Positions 32,148-42,065 of a stretch of 64,000 nucleotides of DNA are shown here, piece after piece. Source of the DNA: Candidatus Woesearchaeota archaeon (GTDB lineage: Archaea > Nanobdellota > Nanobdellia > SCGC-AAA011-G17 > JAGVZY01); the NCBI GenBank assembly GCA_018302225.1, contig JAGVZY010000011.1, forward strand, positions 207-64,206, in the 5' to 3' direction. Numbering within the stretch: position 1 is the stretch's first letter; every line of letters starts with the position of its first letter. Below the pieces are notes generated by a model. It saw only the letters and a program-made list of their open reading frames with translations, was not told where the DNA came from and searched no databases. The position numbers and the translations under genes are program-made.

Positions 32148-33898
32148 CCCCAAACAGGGTTCTTTTTTCTTTGTATACTTGAAATCTCTTTTAAAACTAT
32201 AATCTCACTAGGAGAAATGCTGCCTTTGAGCTCTTTTAATCTTCTAAATTCTTCTTCAGAAATATTAGCATATAATAAATCACCCTCTTTTATTTGTCTT
32301 CCCACAGTAACATGGGATAAAGCAACTGCAACTTGTTGTCCTTTTACAGCTTCTTGTATAACTTTTTTATTGTCTTGGATCGTTTTTAACTCAGTTATTT
32401 CAACTAAACCATTCTTAGTTTCTTTTGCTAACTTTACTCCAGTTTGTAACACTCCATTTATAACTTCTATACCAACAACTGCAGGATTACTTTGTCTGAA
32501 CACACAACCAGGTAAAATTTGTATTTTTGACGGTCTCTTTAATTCTTCTAAATCTTTTGTTTTTTCACTTGCTTCAGTTTCCTTTCTCCATAACCCATAT
32601 TCATCAATTATTTTATAGATGACATCTTGTAAAATTATTTTAGGCTTATCTTGGATCTCTTCAGATTCTTTATTTAATTTCACTTTGAATCCAACAATAC
32701 ATTTATTCAAACCTTCTTGAGTTTTTGTTTCAATAATATCTTTTTTAGTTATTTCACCAATAGATGCTTTTTTAATTGGAATATCATGTTCTTTTAGTAA
32801 TTTATCTAATGCTTCTAAAGCACCAATAGTATCAGCTTTTACAGTTATACCTTCTTGTTCAGTATCAATTAAAACCTCTTCAATTTCTTCTTGAATCTCT
32901 TCTTTATCTTTTTCTAAATTATCCACAACTCTCAAAGGCATACCCGCGATTACATTTTCTAACTCGGGTGCAGAAATTTTTACACCTGTTGCAGCAATAG
33001 CCTCATTAATAGGATTAAACTTAGCTTTAGTCATCATTTCAGTTAATGGTGCAGGAATAAGCAAAGCTTTTACTTTAGTAACTATAGGTTTATCTAAACT
33101 ACCGATAATAATTGTATCTCCTTTTTTTATTTTACCATCATAAATTATGACATCAATTGTAATTCCTAAACCTTTTGTTTCTTTTACTTCTAAAATAGTT
33201 CCTCTTGCAGGACCTTTCACATTTACTTTCAAATTATTTTCAAGATATTTTTGTGCTAATCCGGTAATTGTAACTAATAATTCTTGCAAACCTGCTTTAA
33301 ATTTAACAGACATCGGAACTATAGGAATTTGCTTTGTAAAATCAGAAACTCTATCAAATCTATCAGAATTTAAACCAAATTTAAATAATTCTCCAACAAA
33401 TTCATACATCTTTTGTTCTAAAACATTTCTTATTGGTTCGCCTTGCTTCGAAATATCTTCTAATAAACTTAAATTAGGATTAGATCTCCAACCATTAATT
33501 AAATCAATTTTATTTAATGCAACAACAAAAGGAGTTTTATACTCTTTTAAAATTTCAATAGCTTCAATAGTTTGAGGTTTCAATCCTTCATTAATATCAA
33601 CAACTAAAATTGCAATATCGGCTAAATTTCCACCTCTTCTTCTTAATGTTGAGAAAGCAGCATGTCCAGGAGTATCAATAAATAATAAACCTGGAATTTT
33701 TAAGTCTAATTTAACTTTTTTAATTAAATCAGCACACAATCTTTTTATTGTTTCAGCAGGAATAATAGACGCACCAATTGCTTGAGTAATTCTTCCAGAT
33801 TCTTTTTCAACAACAGTAGTTTGCCTAATACTATCTAATAAACTAGTCTTTCCATGGTCTACATGACCTAAAACCGTAATTAATGGTTGTCTTAGCAT
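32141..33898 (-). CDS. infB: Translation initiation factor aIF5B (IF2/eIF5B)
   Basis: LGHVDHGKTSLLDSIR G-domain; the 585-aa four-domain layout is typical of aIF5B. Confidence 0.85.
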   Translation of the reverse strand: MLRQPLITVLGHVDHGKTSLLDSIRQTTVVEKESGRITQAIGASIIPAETIKRLCADLIKKVKLDLKIPGLLFIDTPGHAAFSTLRRRGGNLADIAILVVDINEGLKPQTIEAIEILKEYKTPFVVALNKIDLINGWRSNPNLSLLEDISKQGEPIRNVLEQKMYEFVGELFKFGLNSDRFDRVSDFTKQIPIVPMSVKFKAGLQELLVTITGLAQKYLENNLKVNVKGPARGTILEVKETKGLGITIDVIIYDGKIKKGDTIIIGSLDKPIVTKVKALLIPAPLTEMMTKAKFNPINEAIAATGVKISAPELENVIAGMPLRVVDNLEKDKEEIQEEIEEVLIDTEQEGITVKADTIGALEALDKLLKEHDIPIKKASIGEITKKDIIETKTQEGLNKCIVGFKVKLNKESEEIQDKPKIILQDVIYKIIDEYGLWRKETEASEKTKDLEELKRPSKIQILPGCVFRQSNPAVVGIEVINGVLQTGVKLAKETKNGLVEITELKTIQDNKKVIQEAVKGQQVAVALSHVTVGRQIKEGDLLYANISEEEFRRLKELKGSISPSEIIVLKEISSIQRKKNPVWGV

Positions 33899-33956
33899 TT
33901 TCAGTCGTTTTAAGCTTATTTTAGCTTAACAGAGTTTAAAAAATGCTGAAAACTAT

Positions 33957-35132
33957 TTAAAAGCTTTGCTGAGATTTGCTCTTAGAAAAATGTTGTTGCT
34001 TAGTAACTATAAAACTTAATACACCTAATAATCTATTAAAGTCCAATATACCCTTACCACTATTTAGACTTACTAAAGGATTTTCACCATAACTTATGAT
34101 TGCCTTTTCATACTCATCAAAAAATTGATAGACCGACATTTGTAAAACTTCCTGATAACTTTTTTTGCCTAAAAAAACAATTGTATAAACCATATAAGAC
34201 CCAAGTTCATAAGTATTATAAGATTGTTTTAACAAACTTCCTATTTGTTTGATTAATTCCTCTTTAACTAACCCACTCATAGAATCATCTGGATAAAACG
34301 TATCCAAAATATCCATAAGGCCGGTCTGGATTGATTTAGTTATGGGTCTAACTTCATTATGTTTATTTTTCCATGAATCTAAAAGATAACAATATTGATG
34401 CTCATCAGAAAAAAAAGTTGCAAAACCGTTTGTATGGATTTTACGCATAATTGACGAAATCAAATCACGTATATATATGAAATAAGCACGATAACTAAAA
34501 CTATTAGAAAGGTTGTCTAAACCCCTTACTAATTCAGAATCATCTCTTTTTAAACTTTTAAGCAAATTTAAAGTCACAAAGTCTGCATTTGTAAAAACTT
34601 TATTTTTAATTTCATGAATTATATGTTGTTGCTCATGTCTGAGGGCTTCTATAAGTTTAGGTTCATTAATTAAATATTTATGATTTATATCATCTACTAA
34701 AGTCAAATTAGGAATGTTTAAATAAATATTATAATCTCCTCTTTGAATTTCATTTGAATTTACCCAGCCATAATTGCCAGAATAATTTTTATTTGTATCA
34801 TTAACATCTTCTAAATCACCCATAAAAAATATGCTAAGAAAGGGAACAGTCATATAATAAGGATTTGTTTTAATTTCATTCAAAACCTGCTTTATTAAAT
34901 TTATTCTATGTCTTTCAAAATCTTGAGCAAAACATTTTAATTGAATATTTGGATCAACTGATGAATTTGAGAGATTATAATTCTTCTTAAGATTAGACTC
35001 CAATTTTTTAACATCAAGATTAAATTTAAAGGTTACAATCCTTAAAATAAAACCATCTAAAGTTACACCTACAATTGGTTGAGAATAATCTACTTTATTA
35101 AAAACATCTGAAATTTTATCGAATACACTCAT
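33957..35132 (-). CDS. Uncharacterized HExxH-motif protein, paralog 2 (putative zinc-dependent hydrolase)
   Basis: Motif LRHEQQHIIHEIKNKVF (HExxHxxHE). Shares blocks with the adjacent paralog: YNIYLNIP, IHTNGFA, MVYTIVF, MSVYQFFDEYE, VSLNSGKGILDFN. Confidence 0.5.
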   Translation of the reverse strand: MSVFDKISDVFNKVDYSQPIVGVTLDGFILRIVTFKFNLDVKKLESNLKKNYNLSNSSVDPNIQLKCFAQDFERHRINLIKQVLNEIKTNPYYMTVPFLSIFFMGDLEDVNDTNKNYSGNYGWVNSNEIQRGDYNIYLNIPNLTLVDDINHKYLINEPKLIEALRHEQQHIIHEIKNKVFTNADFVTLNLLKSLKRDDSELVRGLDNLSNSFSYRAYFIYIRDLISSIMRKIHTNGFATFFSDEHQYCYLLDSWKNKHNEVRPITKSIQTGLMDILDTFYPDDSMSGLVKEELIKQIGSLLKQSYNTYELGSYMVYTIVFLGKKSYQEVLQMSVYQFFDEYEKAIISYGENPLVSLNSGKGILDFNRLLGVLSFIVTKQQHFSKSKSQQSF

Positions 35133-35172
35133 AAAACTCTAAAAAACAAGAGTTATATATAAATATTTAGAA

Positions 35173-36342
35173 TTAATCTTTCAAAGATTTTTTATCCACT
35201 TCTTTACTTATTCTACCTAAAATAGAATTAAAATCTAACATACCCTTACCACTATTTAAACTAACTACAGGTTCTAAACCTGATTTAGTCATAGCAGATT
35301 CATATTCTTTAAAAAATTGATAAACCGACATATATAATATTTCTTCAAAAGTTTTATTATTATAAAAAATAATGGTATAAACCATAAATGCACCAATATC
35401 ATATTTTTCAATACCGCCTGAAATAGAATCAAGATATAACTTAAATGTTTTTAAATCTGATTTTGCATTATGCTTAGGAAAATAAAACAAAATATCAATT
35501 ATAGACTCAAAATTCCTATTTAATTCCCTGACTGCATAATAAGCCTTCCAATAGTTATCTTTCCAAGAAGAAAAGGTATAAGTATATTTAGAAGTATTCT
35601 CAAAATATCTAGCAAATCCTTCTGTATGAATGCCTCGCATAAGTAAAGATATAGACTCTCTTAATAACATAAGACATTTTTTATAATCAAACCAACTGCC
35701 CAATAAAAAAAATTTTTTATATTCGGAGATTAATGCCTGGTGATAAGGGTATAACGCTTTATAAATCCTCTTTCGTATAATCGCTTCATCAACAAATACG
35801 TGATTTTTTATTTCGTGAATAATATGCTCTTGTTCATGCTGAAGCGTATCTCGGATTCTTTCTTTTTGCAAACTATAAATATTATCTTCTAAAGAGATAT
35901 ACATCAACAAAGGAATATTTAGATAAATATTATATTTTCCTTGTTTAATCTCTCTAGTCATTACCCATCCAAGTGCAGAAGACATTTTATAAAAAGAAAG
36001 CTTATCATCTAAAGGTCTGGCATCCATACCACCCATCAAATAAATATTAATACAAGGTACTTCTTTATAAAGTGGATTTATTTTAATTTCATGAATTATA
36101 AAATCAATTAATTCAATCTTAGATTTATTAAACAAACTTAAAAAAGTTTGTGTCCTTTTTTCAGTATCTTGAAAATTAAATATTTTATTTGAATATTGAT
36201 TATCATATTTTAAACTTTTAATATCTGCTTTCAAAGTATTAGTAATGATATTTAATTTAAATCCGTCAAAATTTAGATTAATTTTAGAGCTATTATAATC
36301 TAATTGGTTAGATCCACCAAATATATCACTTATTAAACCCAT
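35173..36342 (-). CDS. Uncharacterized HExxH-motif protein, paralog 1 (putative zinc-dependent hydrolase)
   Basis: Motif LQHEQEHIIHEIKNHVF, plus the same conserved blocks as paralog 2. There is no signal peptide. Confidence 0.5.
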   Translation of the reverse strand: MGLISDIFGGSNQLDYNSSKINLNFDGFKLNIITNTLKADIKSLKYDNQYSNKIFNFQDTEKRTQTFLSLFNKSKIELIDFIIHEIKINPLYKEVPCINIYLMGGMDARPLDDKLSFYKMSSALGWVMTREIKQGKYNIYLNIPLLMYISLEDNIYSLQKERIRDTLQHEQEHIIHEIKNHVFVDEAIIRKRIYKALYPYHQALISEYKKFFLLGSWFDYKKCLMLLRESISLLMRGIHTEGFARYFENTSKYTYTFSSWKDNYWKAYYAVRELNRNFESIIDILFYFPKHNAKSDLKTFKLYLDSISGGIEKYDIGAFMVYTIIFYNNKTFEEILYMSVYQFFKEYESAMTKSGLEPVVSLNSGKGMLDFNSILGRISKEVDKKSLKD

Positions 36343-36386
36343 AACTTAAACTAAAAGAAAGAGATATATAAAGATTATTGAGAATT

Positions 36387-36629
36387 TCACTTATTTGCAA
36401 CCATTAAATAACACAAAGCCATTATTAAGCCAAAAAAGCTTGAAATCCATAAAAAAATATTATATTGCCAAATTGAATAAATAAAGGTAAAAAACACAGC
36501 AGGCATTAACGCCGCCAGTATAAGCAAAGTATAATATCTAGTATTCTCATTAAATTTAGAGCTTCTTATAGTATAAAACAATATACTTAACACAACCAAA
36601 CTCAACAAACTAAATATTAAAGTCATCAT
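36387..36629 (-). CDS. Small integral membrane protein (80 aa, ~3 TM helices)
   Basis: Wholly hydrophobic segments. Lies 11 nt downstream of the coiled-coil membrane protein gene. Confidence 0.4.
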   Translation of the reverse strand: MMTLIFSLLSLVVLSILFYTIRSSKFNENTRYYTLLILAALMPAVFFTFIYSIWQYNIFLWISSFFGLIMALCYLMVANK

Positions 36630-36640
36630 TTGTTTTTACC

Positions 36641-37852
36641 TCATTTCTTTTTCTTAGCCAATTTCGCTTTTTTAATTGCAATTTTTTCATTAAACTTTCT
36701 TTTTAATTCTAATATTTTCTGCTCTTCTGCCTTATTTTTCTCTATTAACTTTTTTAACACAATTTCTTTCTTAATCACTTCTTGTTGCTTTTTATCAATA
36801 TCTTGTTTTGCTTTCTTTTTCATTTCATCTATCTTTTTAATTTCAACTTGAATAGATTTTTTTAATTCGCTTCTAGTTAATTCTAAATCCCTTTGCTCAT
36901 CTTTAAACTTCTTTAATCTTAAATTTAATTCATCATTTTCTCTTTTCTTTTCATCATAAAATACCTTCTTTTCATTAATTAAAGCACTTTTAGTTTCGTT
37001 CTTTAGTTTACTAACCTCTTCTTTATCTTTAGTAAACTGAGTTTTTATTTCTGCAATTTTTTTATTTTCAATATTAACATTTTCTTTCTCTCTATGCAAT
37101 CTTTCACTTTCTAATCTTGTATCCATTTGAACTTTCTTCAAAGTTTTTTCTTCTGCTTCTAACGCAGACATTTTAGCTTTCAAATCATCTTCTTTCTTTG
37201 CAACGCTTCTTAGCTCATCTTCTAATTTTTTCTTTTCAGTTAAAAATTCTCTTCTATGACCATCAAAATCTTTTCTTTGGACTTCAATAATTTCTTTATC
37301 TGATTTGATTTTATTCATCAATTCATCAATTTTCTTTCTTTCCTCATCTGCTTTCTTCCTTAATTGTTCTAAATTCTCTTTATCAGAATTAAACTTTTGT
37401 TCAAGTATTGCTTTTTCAGCTTCAAGCTTTTTTCTTTCTTCACCCAAAATTTTATTAGTAGCATCAATCTGGTTTCTTTCTTTTTCAAACTCTATTTTTT
37501 CCATTAATAAGTCTGCTCTTTCTAAGTCTATTTTTTCCATACTCGGAATATAGATTTTTTCCATAAAATCATCTTTCTTTTTATCAAGAATATCAGTTTC
37601 AAAAACTTCGTTTTCCATTTTTTTGAATTTTTTAGCATTATATTTAATTACTCCAAATAAAACAACCAAGGATATAACTAAAATTAAACCCATTCTAAAC
37701 CATGTAGGTAAAAAGAAGAATATAAAAGGCAAGGACATTAAGAAGAATAAATTAATTACTGGATTCTTCTTATGTCTCAACCTTACCAAAACTGCCAAAA
37801 CTAGAATTATGCATGTTGATATTATCTGTATCCAAGTTATAGTTGATAGCAT
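36641..37852 (-). CDS. Membrane-anchored long coiled-coil protein
   Basis: Three N-terminal TM helices are followed by ~300 aa of K/E-rich coiled coil (EEKTLKKVQMDTRLESERLHREKEN...). Confidence 0.5.
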   Translation of the reverse strand: MLSTITWIQIISTCIILVLAVLVRLRHKKNPVINLFFLMSLPFIFFFLPTWFRMGLILVISLVVLFGVIKYNAKKFKKMENEVFETDILDKKKDDFMEKIYIPSMEKIDLERADLLMEKIEFEKERNQIDATNKILGEERKKLEAEKAILEQKFNSDKENLEQLRKKADEERKKIDELMNKIKSDKEIIEVQRKDFDGHRREFLTEKKKLEDELRSVAKKEDDLKAKMSALEAEEKTLKKVQMDTRLESERLHREKENVNIENKKIAEIKTQFTKDKEEVSKLKNETKSALINEKKVFYDEKKRENDELNLRLKKFKDEQRDLELTRSELKKSIQVEIKKIDEMKKKAKQDIDKKQQEVIKKEIVLKKLIEKNKAEEQKILELKRKFNEKIAIKKAKLAKKKK

Positions 37853-37982
37853 TTAATCCCTCTCTTTTATTATCACTTTACTATAGTATATATATGTTCC
37901 TATTAAATTGTAGATATATATAAAGTTTGTGTAATTAGTTTATAAAGAAAATAAATAATTTATAAATAAAAATTTTAAGAAT

Positions 37983-38474
37983 TTATTCTAAACCTAACTT
38001 CCGATTAACTTCAGTTATCACAGTTCCGATATCTCTAGCCATTAATTTGTATAAACTATTAATCATAGCTTTATACATTGCTTCTTTTAAAGTTCCATGA
38101 CAATAATCAATATTTTGTCCTATAGAAGCCAGAGTAGGCTTTACTAGATTTATTATTGGAATCCTACATCTCATTTCTGCATTTGTAAATATTTCTTTGT
38201 ATTGTTCTGAAATTTCTCCTGGTTGCAACATTTTAACATTTACAACACAATAATTAGTTCCAAAAGGATTATTTTCAACTTTATATAAAGTTACAGCACC
38301 AGAATTTTCATAATAATAAAATTTTGCACCTGCACAATTTTCCATTTTTTGTTCAAAACAAACTTTATCCTCACAAGTAACTTTTCTCGCAAATAAAAGA
38401 TAATAACCTACAAACAAGATTAGAATAATTAAAATGTACTTTCTATATTTTCTTAATACCTGCAAAGTATCCAT
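37983..38474 (-). CDS. Signal-anchored Cys-containing hypothetical protein
   Basis: N-terminal TM (YILIILILFVGYYLLFA) followed by a soluble domain with 6 Cys. Confidence 0.4.
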   Translation of the reverse strand: MDTLQVLRKYRKYILIILILFVGYYLLFARKVTCEDKVCFEQKMENCAGAKFYYYENSGAVTLYKVENNPFGTNYCVVNVKMLQPGEISEQYKEIFTNAEMRCRIPIINLVKPTLASIGQNIDYCHGTLKEAMYKAMINSLYKLMARDIGTVITEVNRKLGLE

Positions 38475-38509
38475 TTTAATTTAAAAAGAAATTCTATTTA
38501 AAAAGCTTG

Positions 38510-38770
38510 CTATAAAAAAGAATTATTGTTCGTCTTTATGATAAATTTCAAGAAGATTAGTTTGTTTTCAGCAGGTAAATAAGCATAAGCTAGCCTATAA
38601 GGAGAAATATATACTTCTCTTGTTCCTTTTCGATTATATTTCATAGGTTTACCTACTTCAGGATTTTCTATGATTTTTTCAACTTGTTTAATTACTCTTT
38701 CTTTAAAGATAGGATCTTTTATTTTACTTATATTCTTTAAAAATTCTTTTTCATGCACAATATTTAACAT
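38510..38770 (-). CDS. RelE/ParE-family toxin (type II toxin-antitoxin system)
   Basis: At 86 aa, the IENPEVGKPMKYNRKGTREVYISPYRLAYAY...KLIFLKF pattern is typical of RelE/ParE. It overlaps the upstream antitoxin gene by 7 nt. Confidence 0.55.
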   Translation of the reverse strand: MLNIVHEKEFLKNISKIKDPIFKERVIKQVEKIIENPEVGKPMKYNRKGTREVYISPYRLAYAYLPAENKLIFLKFIIKTNNNSFL

Positions 38771-39030
38771 GCATGAAGCTCCTTAAGAAATAAATCTTTA
38801 GTTTTAGTTTCAAACTTGCCCTTATCATAATCTTCCCAAGCTTTTTCAACTTTCTCTGCAAAAATTAAATCTTCTTTAAGATTTAAAGCCAAACTTTTCA
38901 TACTTTTAAGGATTAATCTTCCTTCATCTTTTATAATTAAAAATTCATCTCCACAATTAATATTATCTCTTAAGGAATTAGGTATAACTATTTGTCCTTT
39001 TGTACTTACCTTAGCAATAGCATATTCCAT
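38764..39030 (-). CDS. AbrB/MazE/SpoVT-family antitoxin
   Basis: An N-terminal swapped-hairpin motif AKVSTKGQIVIPNSLRD sits immediately upstream of, and overlaps, the RelE-like gene. Confidence 0.55.
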   Translation of the reverse strand: MEYAIAKVSTKGQIVIPNSLRDNINCGDEFLIIKDEGRLILKSMKSLALNLKEDLIFAEKVEKAWEDYDKGKFETKTKDLFLKELHAC

Positions 39031-39128
39031 ATTCTCACCTAAGTAAGGTATAACTTACTAGTATATAAACATTTCTATTAAAACACTTCAATCAAGTATA
39101 ACAAAAAATAAAAGAAAAAAATGCAGGT

Positions 39129-40439
39129 TTACTGTATTTCTGATTGTATTAAAATATTTACTTTACTTGTACCTGCTTTTACTTCAGTCTCCATTCCAAT
39201 TATATGAGTTATGTTTGACTTTTCAGCATATTTTACAAGCTCTGCAGAAATTTTTCCATCCATCAAAACTGCATAAACTCCAGTGTTCAAACTTTTAATT
39301 GTACTTGCTAATTCAGTTACAGGAACCTTTCCAAGTATATTTAGATTTTGATCTATAATATATGCTCCTCTTGTTCCAACCAAATCTTCAAGCATTAATT
39401 TGAATTTTACACTTTCTTCAGCAGTCATAATTTGTTTTTTCTGAACAGGTTTTTTTCTGTCAAAGAAATTAGGTCTTTCTTGCCTTTCATTTGTTCTTTC
39501 AGCTGGAAATCTATCTGTTCTTCTTTGATATCCATTCTGATTATTTTGATAAGATCTTCTTTCTTCAGATCTTTCTCGATTTTCAGTTCTTTCTGCTCTT
39601 TCAGGTTTTGTAGAATCTAACTTTTCTTGTTCAATAGCTACTCTGCCTCTCAAAGCTTTATGGATTTCTTTTTTAGTTATTTCTTCAACTTCTTTTCCAT
39701 CAGGAGCCCTAGCTATATAATCAACATCTGTAATTTCAGATATTTCTTTTATAATTAAATCTCCGCCTCTATCTCCATCAACAAATAAAGTCATTACTTT
39801 TTTCTCTCCAATTTCTTTAATTGAAGGAGGTATATTTGTTCCATTCATACCAATAACATTCTTTATTCCGTGTTTTAATAGATTAAGAACATCTGCTCTT
39901 CCTTCTACTAAAATAATCTCTTCAGATTCTTCTACCGCTGGTCCTGCTGGAAGTCTGTCTCTACCATACTCTATGATTTCCATCATTCTAACTGAAGCAG
40001 CAACTTCTTCTGTAATTTCTTGGCTGTCTGGAAGAACATTTTCTGTTAAATTCTTTAACAATTCTTTAGCTCTTTCAATAACATATCCTCTTTTAGAAAT
40101 TCTAACATCTTCAATCTTTTCTACTCTTACTTTAGCATTACAGGGACCTATTCTTTGTATTGTTTCTAAGGCAGCACCAACAATTGCTGTTTCTGCCTTA
40201 TCTAAAGAACTAGGTATAATTATCATACCTTCAGCTTTTCCACCTTTAGTATCAACATTAACTTCTATTCTTCCTATTCTACCGCTTCTTTGTAACTCTC
40301 TTAACTCTAATTCTGCACCTAACAATCCTTCTGTCTGGCCAAAGATAGCACCAATAACATCTGGTCTCTCTACTACACCTTCAATTTGAATATTAGTGTG
40401 AATTATATATTTTGCACTTACTGGGCTTATTTTTCCCAT
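39129..40439 (-). CDS. dnaG: Archaeal DnaG-type primase (TOPRIM) with an Arg/Glu-rich low-complexity insertion
   Basis: Archaeal DnaG N-terminus (ISPVSAKYIIHTNIQIEGVVERPDVIGAIFGQTEGLLG) and a TOPRIM region (ILVEGRADVLNL, DGDRGGDLI). The preferred start is Met19 at 40439, preceded by GGAGGG; the ORF track extends to 40493. Confidence 0.8.
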   Translation of the reverse strand: MGKISPVSAKYIIHTNIQIEGVVERPDVIGAIFGQTEGLLGAELELRELQRSGRIGRIEVNVDTKGGKAEGMIIIPSSLDKAETAIVGAALETIQRIGPCNAKVRVEKIEDVRISKRGYVIERAKELLKNLTENVLPDSQEITEEVAASVRMMEIIEYGRDRLPAGPAVEESEEIILVEGRADVLNLLKHGIKNVIGMNGTNIPPSIKEIGEKKVMTLFVDGDRGGDLIIKEISEITDVDYIARAPDGKEVEEITKKEIHKALRGRVAIEQEKLDSTKPERAERTENRERSEERRSYQNNQNGYQRRTDRFPAERTNERQERPNFFDRKKPVQKKQIMTAEESVKFKLMLEDLVGTRGAYIIDQNLNILGKVPVTELASTIKSLNTGVYAVLMDGKISAELVKYAEKSNITHIIGMETEVKAGTSKVNILIQSEIQ

Positions 40440-41038
40440 CGTAATCCCTCCTAGGTTTACACAGAACAAGTTTAAAGCACTAAACAACAACAAATTAAAA
40501 ACTATTTTTTGAACTATTAGTTTTTGCCTTTGATTTTCTTGTTTTTTGCTTTATTTAGGGTTTAAAACCCTTAATTTACCTTAAATGATTAAATGAATAG
40601 TAAATTTTACTTGTTCTTGATTTTTAAGTATAATTTGACCTGACATTAACTCCCAAGGTTCATTGCTTGGCAGGTTGCCGTACTCCGTTGAGTCTTTCTC
40701 ATGGCAGGCCTTAGACTTTTCATGTACTTTTCAGTTTATAAAGGTTTCCATTTAAGCCTTATAAACTCATTAAATGGCCTTTTTACAGTTTATAACACCC
40801 ATTTAACCTCAGTTCACATTAGTTTTAAAAGTTTATCCCTCGTAACCAATAAGTAATAAAAACACTACACCAATTGTTTAACATTAATTTAAACCTTTTT
40901 TAGCTCTACTAAAACAAATACTAAAATTAATGTGAAAAATCACTTTAAAAAAAGGATTTTTTAAAATAACAATTTGAAGACATAAATAGGGAAAACCTTG
41001 CACAAACAGTTATTCCAAATTATGTTATTTTACTTAGT

Positions 41039-41068
41039 TCTAAGTAAATCTAAGTAAATCTAAGTAAA
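41039..41068. repeat. 10-bp tandem repeat TCTAAGTAAA x3
   Basis: Three perfect adjacent copies in the 650-bp spacer between dnaG and the gene at 41147. Confidence 0.6.
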
Positions 41069-41146
41069 TTAAGTTGAATCTAATTTCTAAAAAATAAAGG
41101 GAATATCTTGGAATAAGATAATTTATAATTTTAAGGAGGAAAGAAT

Positions 41147-42052
41147 ATGCAGTCACTAAATCTAGGTCATTTAATTATTGCTTTCAATGTATTGGGTATA
41201 TTAGGCATTCTAATTTTGTTAATTGCCTATCTGCGCGAAAAGAAGTCTAAAGAAAATTCAGAAAAAACTATAGTCAAAGAACAGAAACATTCTTCAGAAA
41301 ATCCTAACTCTAAAAAGGCAAATCATAAAAAAGATCTTGAAGAATTAGATCAATTGTTGAAAAGCGAAACTCCTAGAGAAGAAATACATTCAGAAGACTT
41401 TTCTACTCAAAATCTGGAAATAGAAATCCTTTCTGAAAAAATAATTGATGAAATTGAAATAAAAGATGAATCAGAAGAAGTCTTCTTAGATTTGAGCCAA
41501 AATAATGAAACAACAGAAGAAGAAAACAATGAAAATAGGGCAAAGGGTAAAGATGATGAAGAAAGCGAACAAGAATATGAAGAAAAGGAAAGAACCTATA
41601 CATTATCCCTTCATATAGCCCAATATGCTTCTATCGAAATTATACCTGAAGACCGTATGGAAAATTTAGTTATTTACCTCGGACCAAATTTTATAAGAAC
41701 TTCAGAAGGCCAAATAGTTATTGTGGGTGTTTCTTTTTTAATCATAAATCCATCAGATGCAACAGAACGTTCAATCAAAAATCTTACTACGGGTTTAATA
41801 AATTCAGACTCAACTCTTGAGAAAAAAATAAACATAACCTCTTTAATTATCGAAAACCGAGAAAATAGTGAAGAAATTTCTAGTGAAGAAGAAGTAGAAT
41901 ATCTTTTAAAAGATTTAATTGGAGATGCAGATGAATTAGAAAGAATAGTAGAAGACTCATATGACTGCGCTTTCAAAAAAATCTTCATTTCTAACATAGA
42001 TTTCAATGATCAAAGCATTACTTTAGAAATAACATTCAATCTCACTGTATAA
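41147..42052 (+). CDS. Membrane-anchored acidic hypothetical protein
   Basis: N-terminal TM, an E/D-rich low-complexity segment and a C-terminal globular region. AGGAGGA lies upstream. Confidence 0.45.
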   Translation: MQSLNLGHLIIAFNVLGILGILILLIAYLREKKSKENSEKTIVKEQKHSSENPNSKKANHKKDLEELDQLLKSETPREEIHSEDFSTQNLEIEILSEKIIDEIEIKDESEEVFLDLSQNNETTEEENNENRAKGKDDEESEQEYEEKERTYTLSLHIAQYASIEIIPEDRMENLVIYLGPNFIRTSEGQIVIVGVSFLIINPSDATERSIKNLTTGLINSDSTLEKKINITSLIIENRENSEEISSEEEVEYLLKDLIGDADELERIVEDSYDCAFKKIFISNIDFNDQSITLEITFNLTV

Positions 42053-42065
42053 AGGGGGAATCAAA

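Noticed and set aside
41039-41068. Possible mini-CRISPR array or IS terminal repeats
   Set aside because: Only three contiguous 10-bp units with no spacers, and no cas or transposase gene in the window. It is a simple tandem repeat.
40494-41146. rRNA, RNase P RNA or SRP RNA in the long dnaG upstream spacer
   Set aside because: No universally conserved motifs (for example the RNase P AGGAAAGUCC, SRP helix-8 tetraloop context, or rRNA segments) could be recognised by eye. It is kept only as an unclassified ncRNA candidate.
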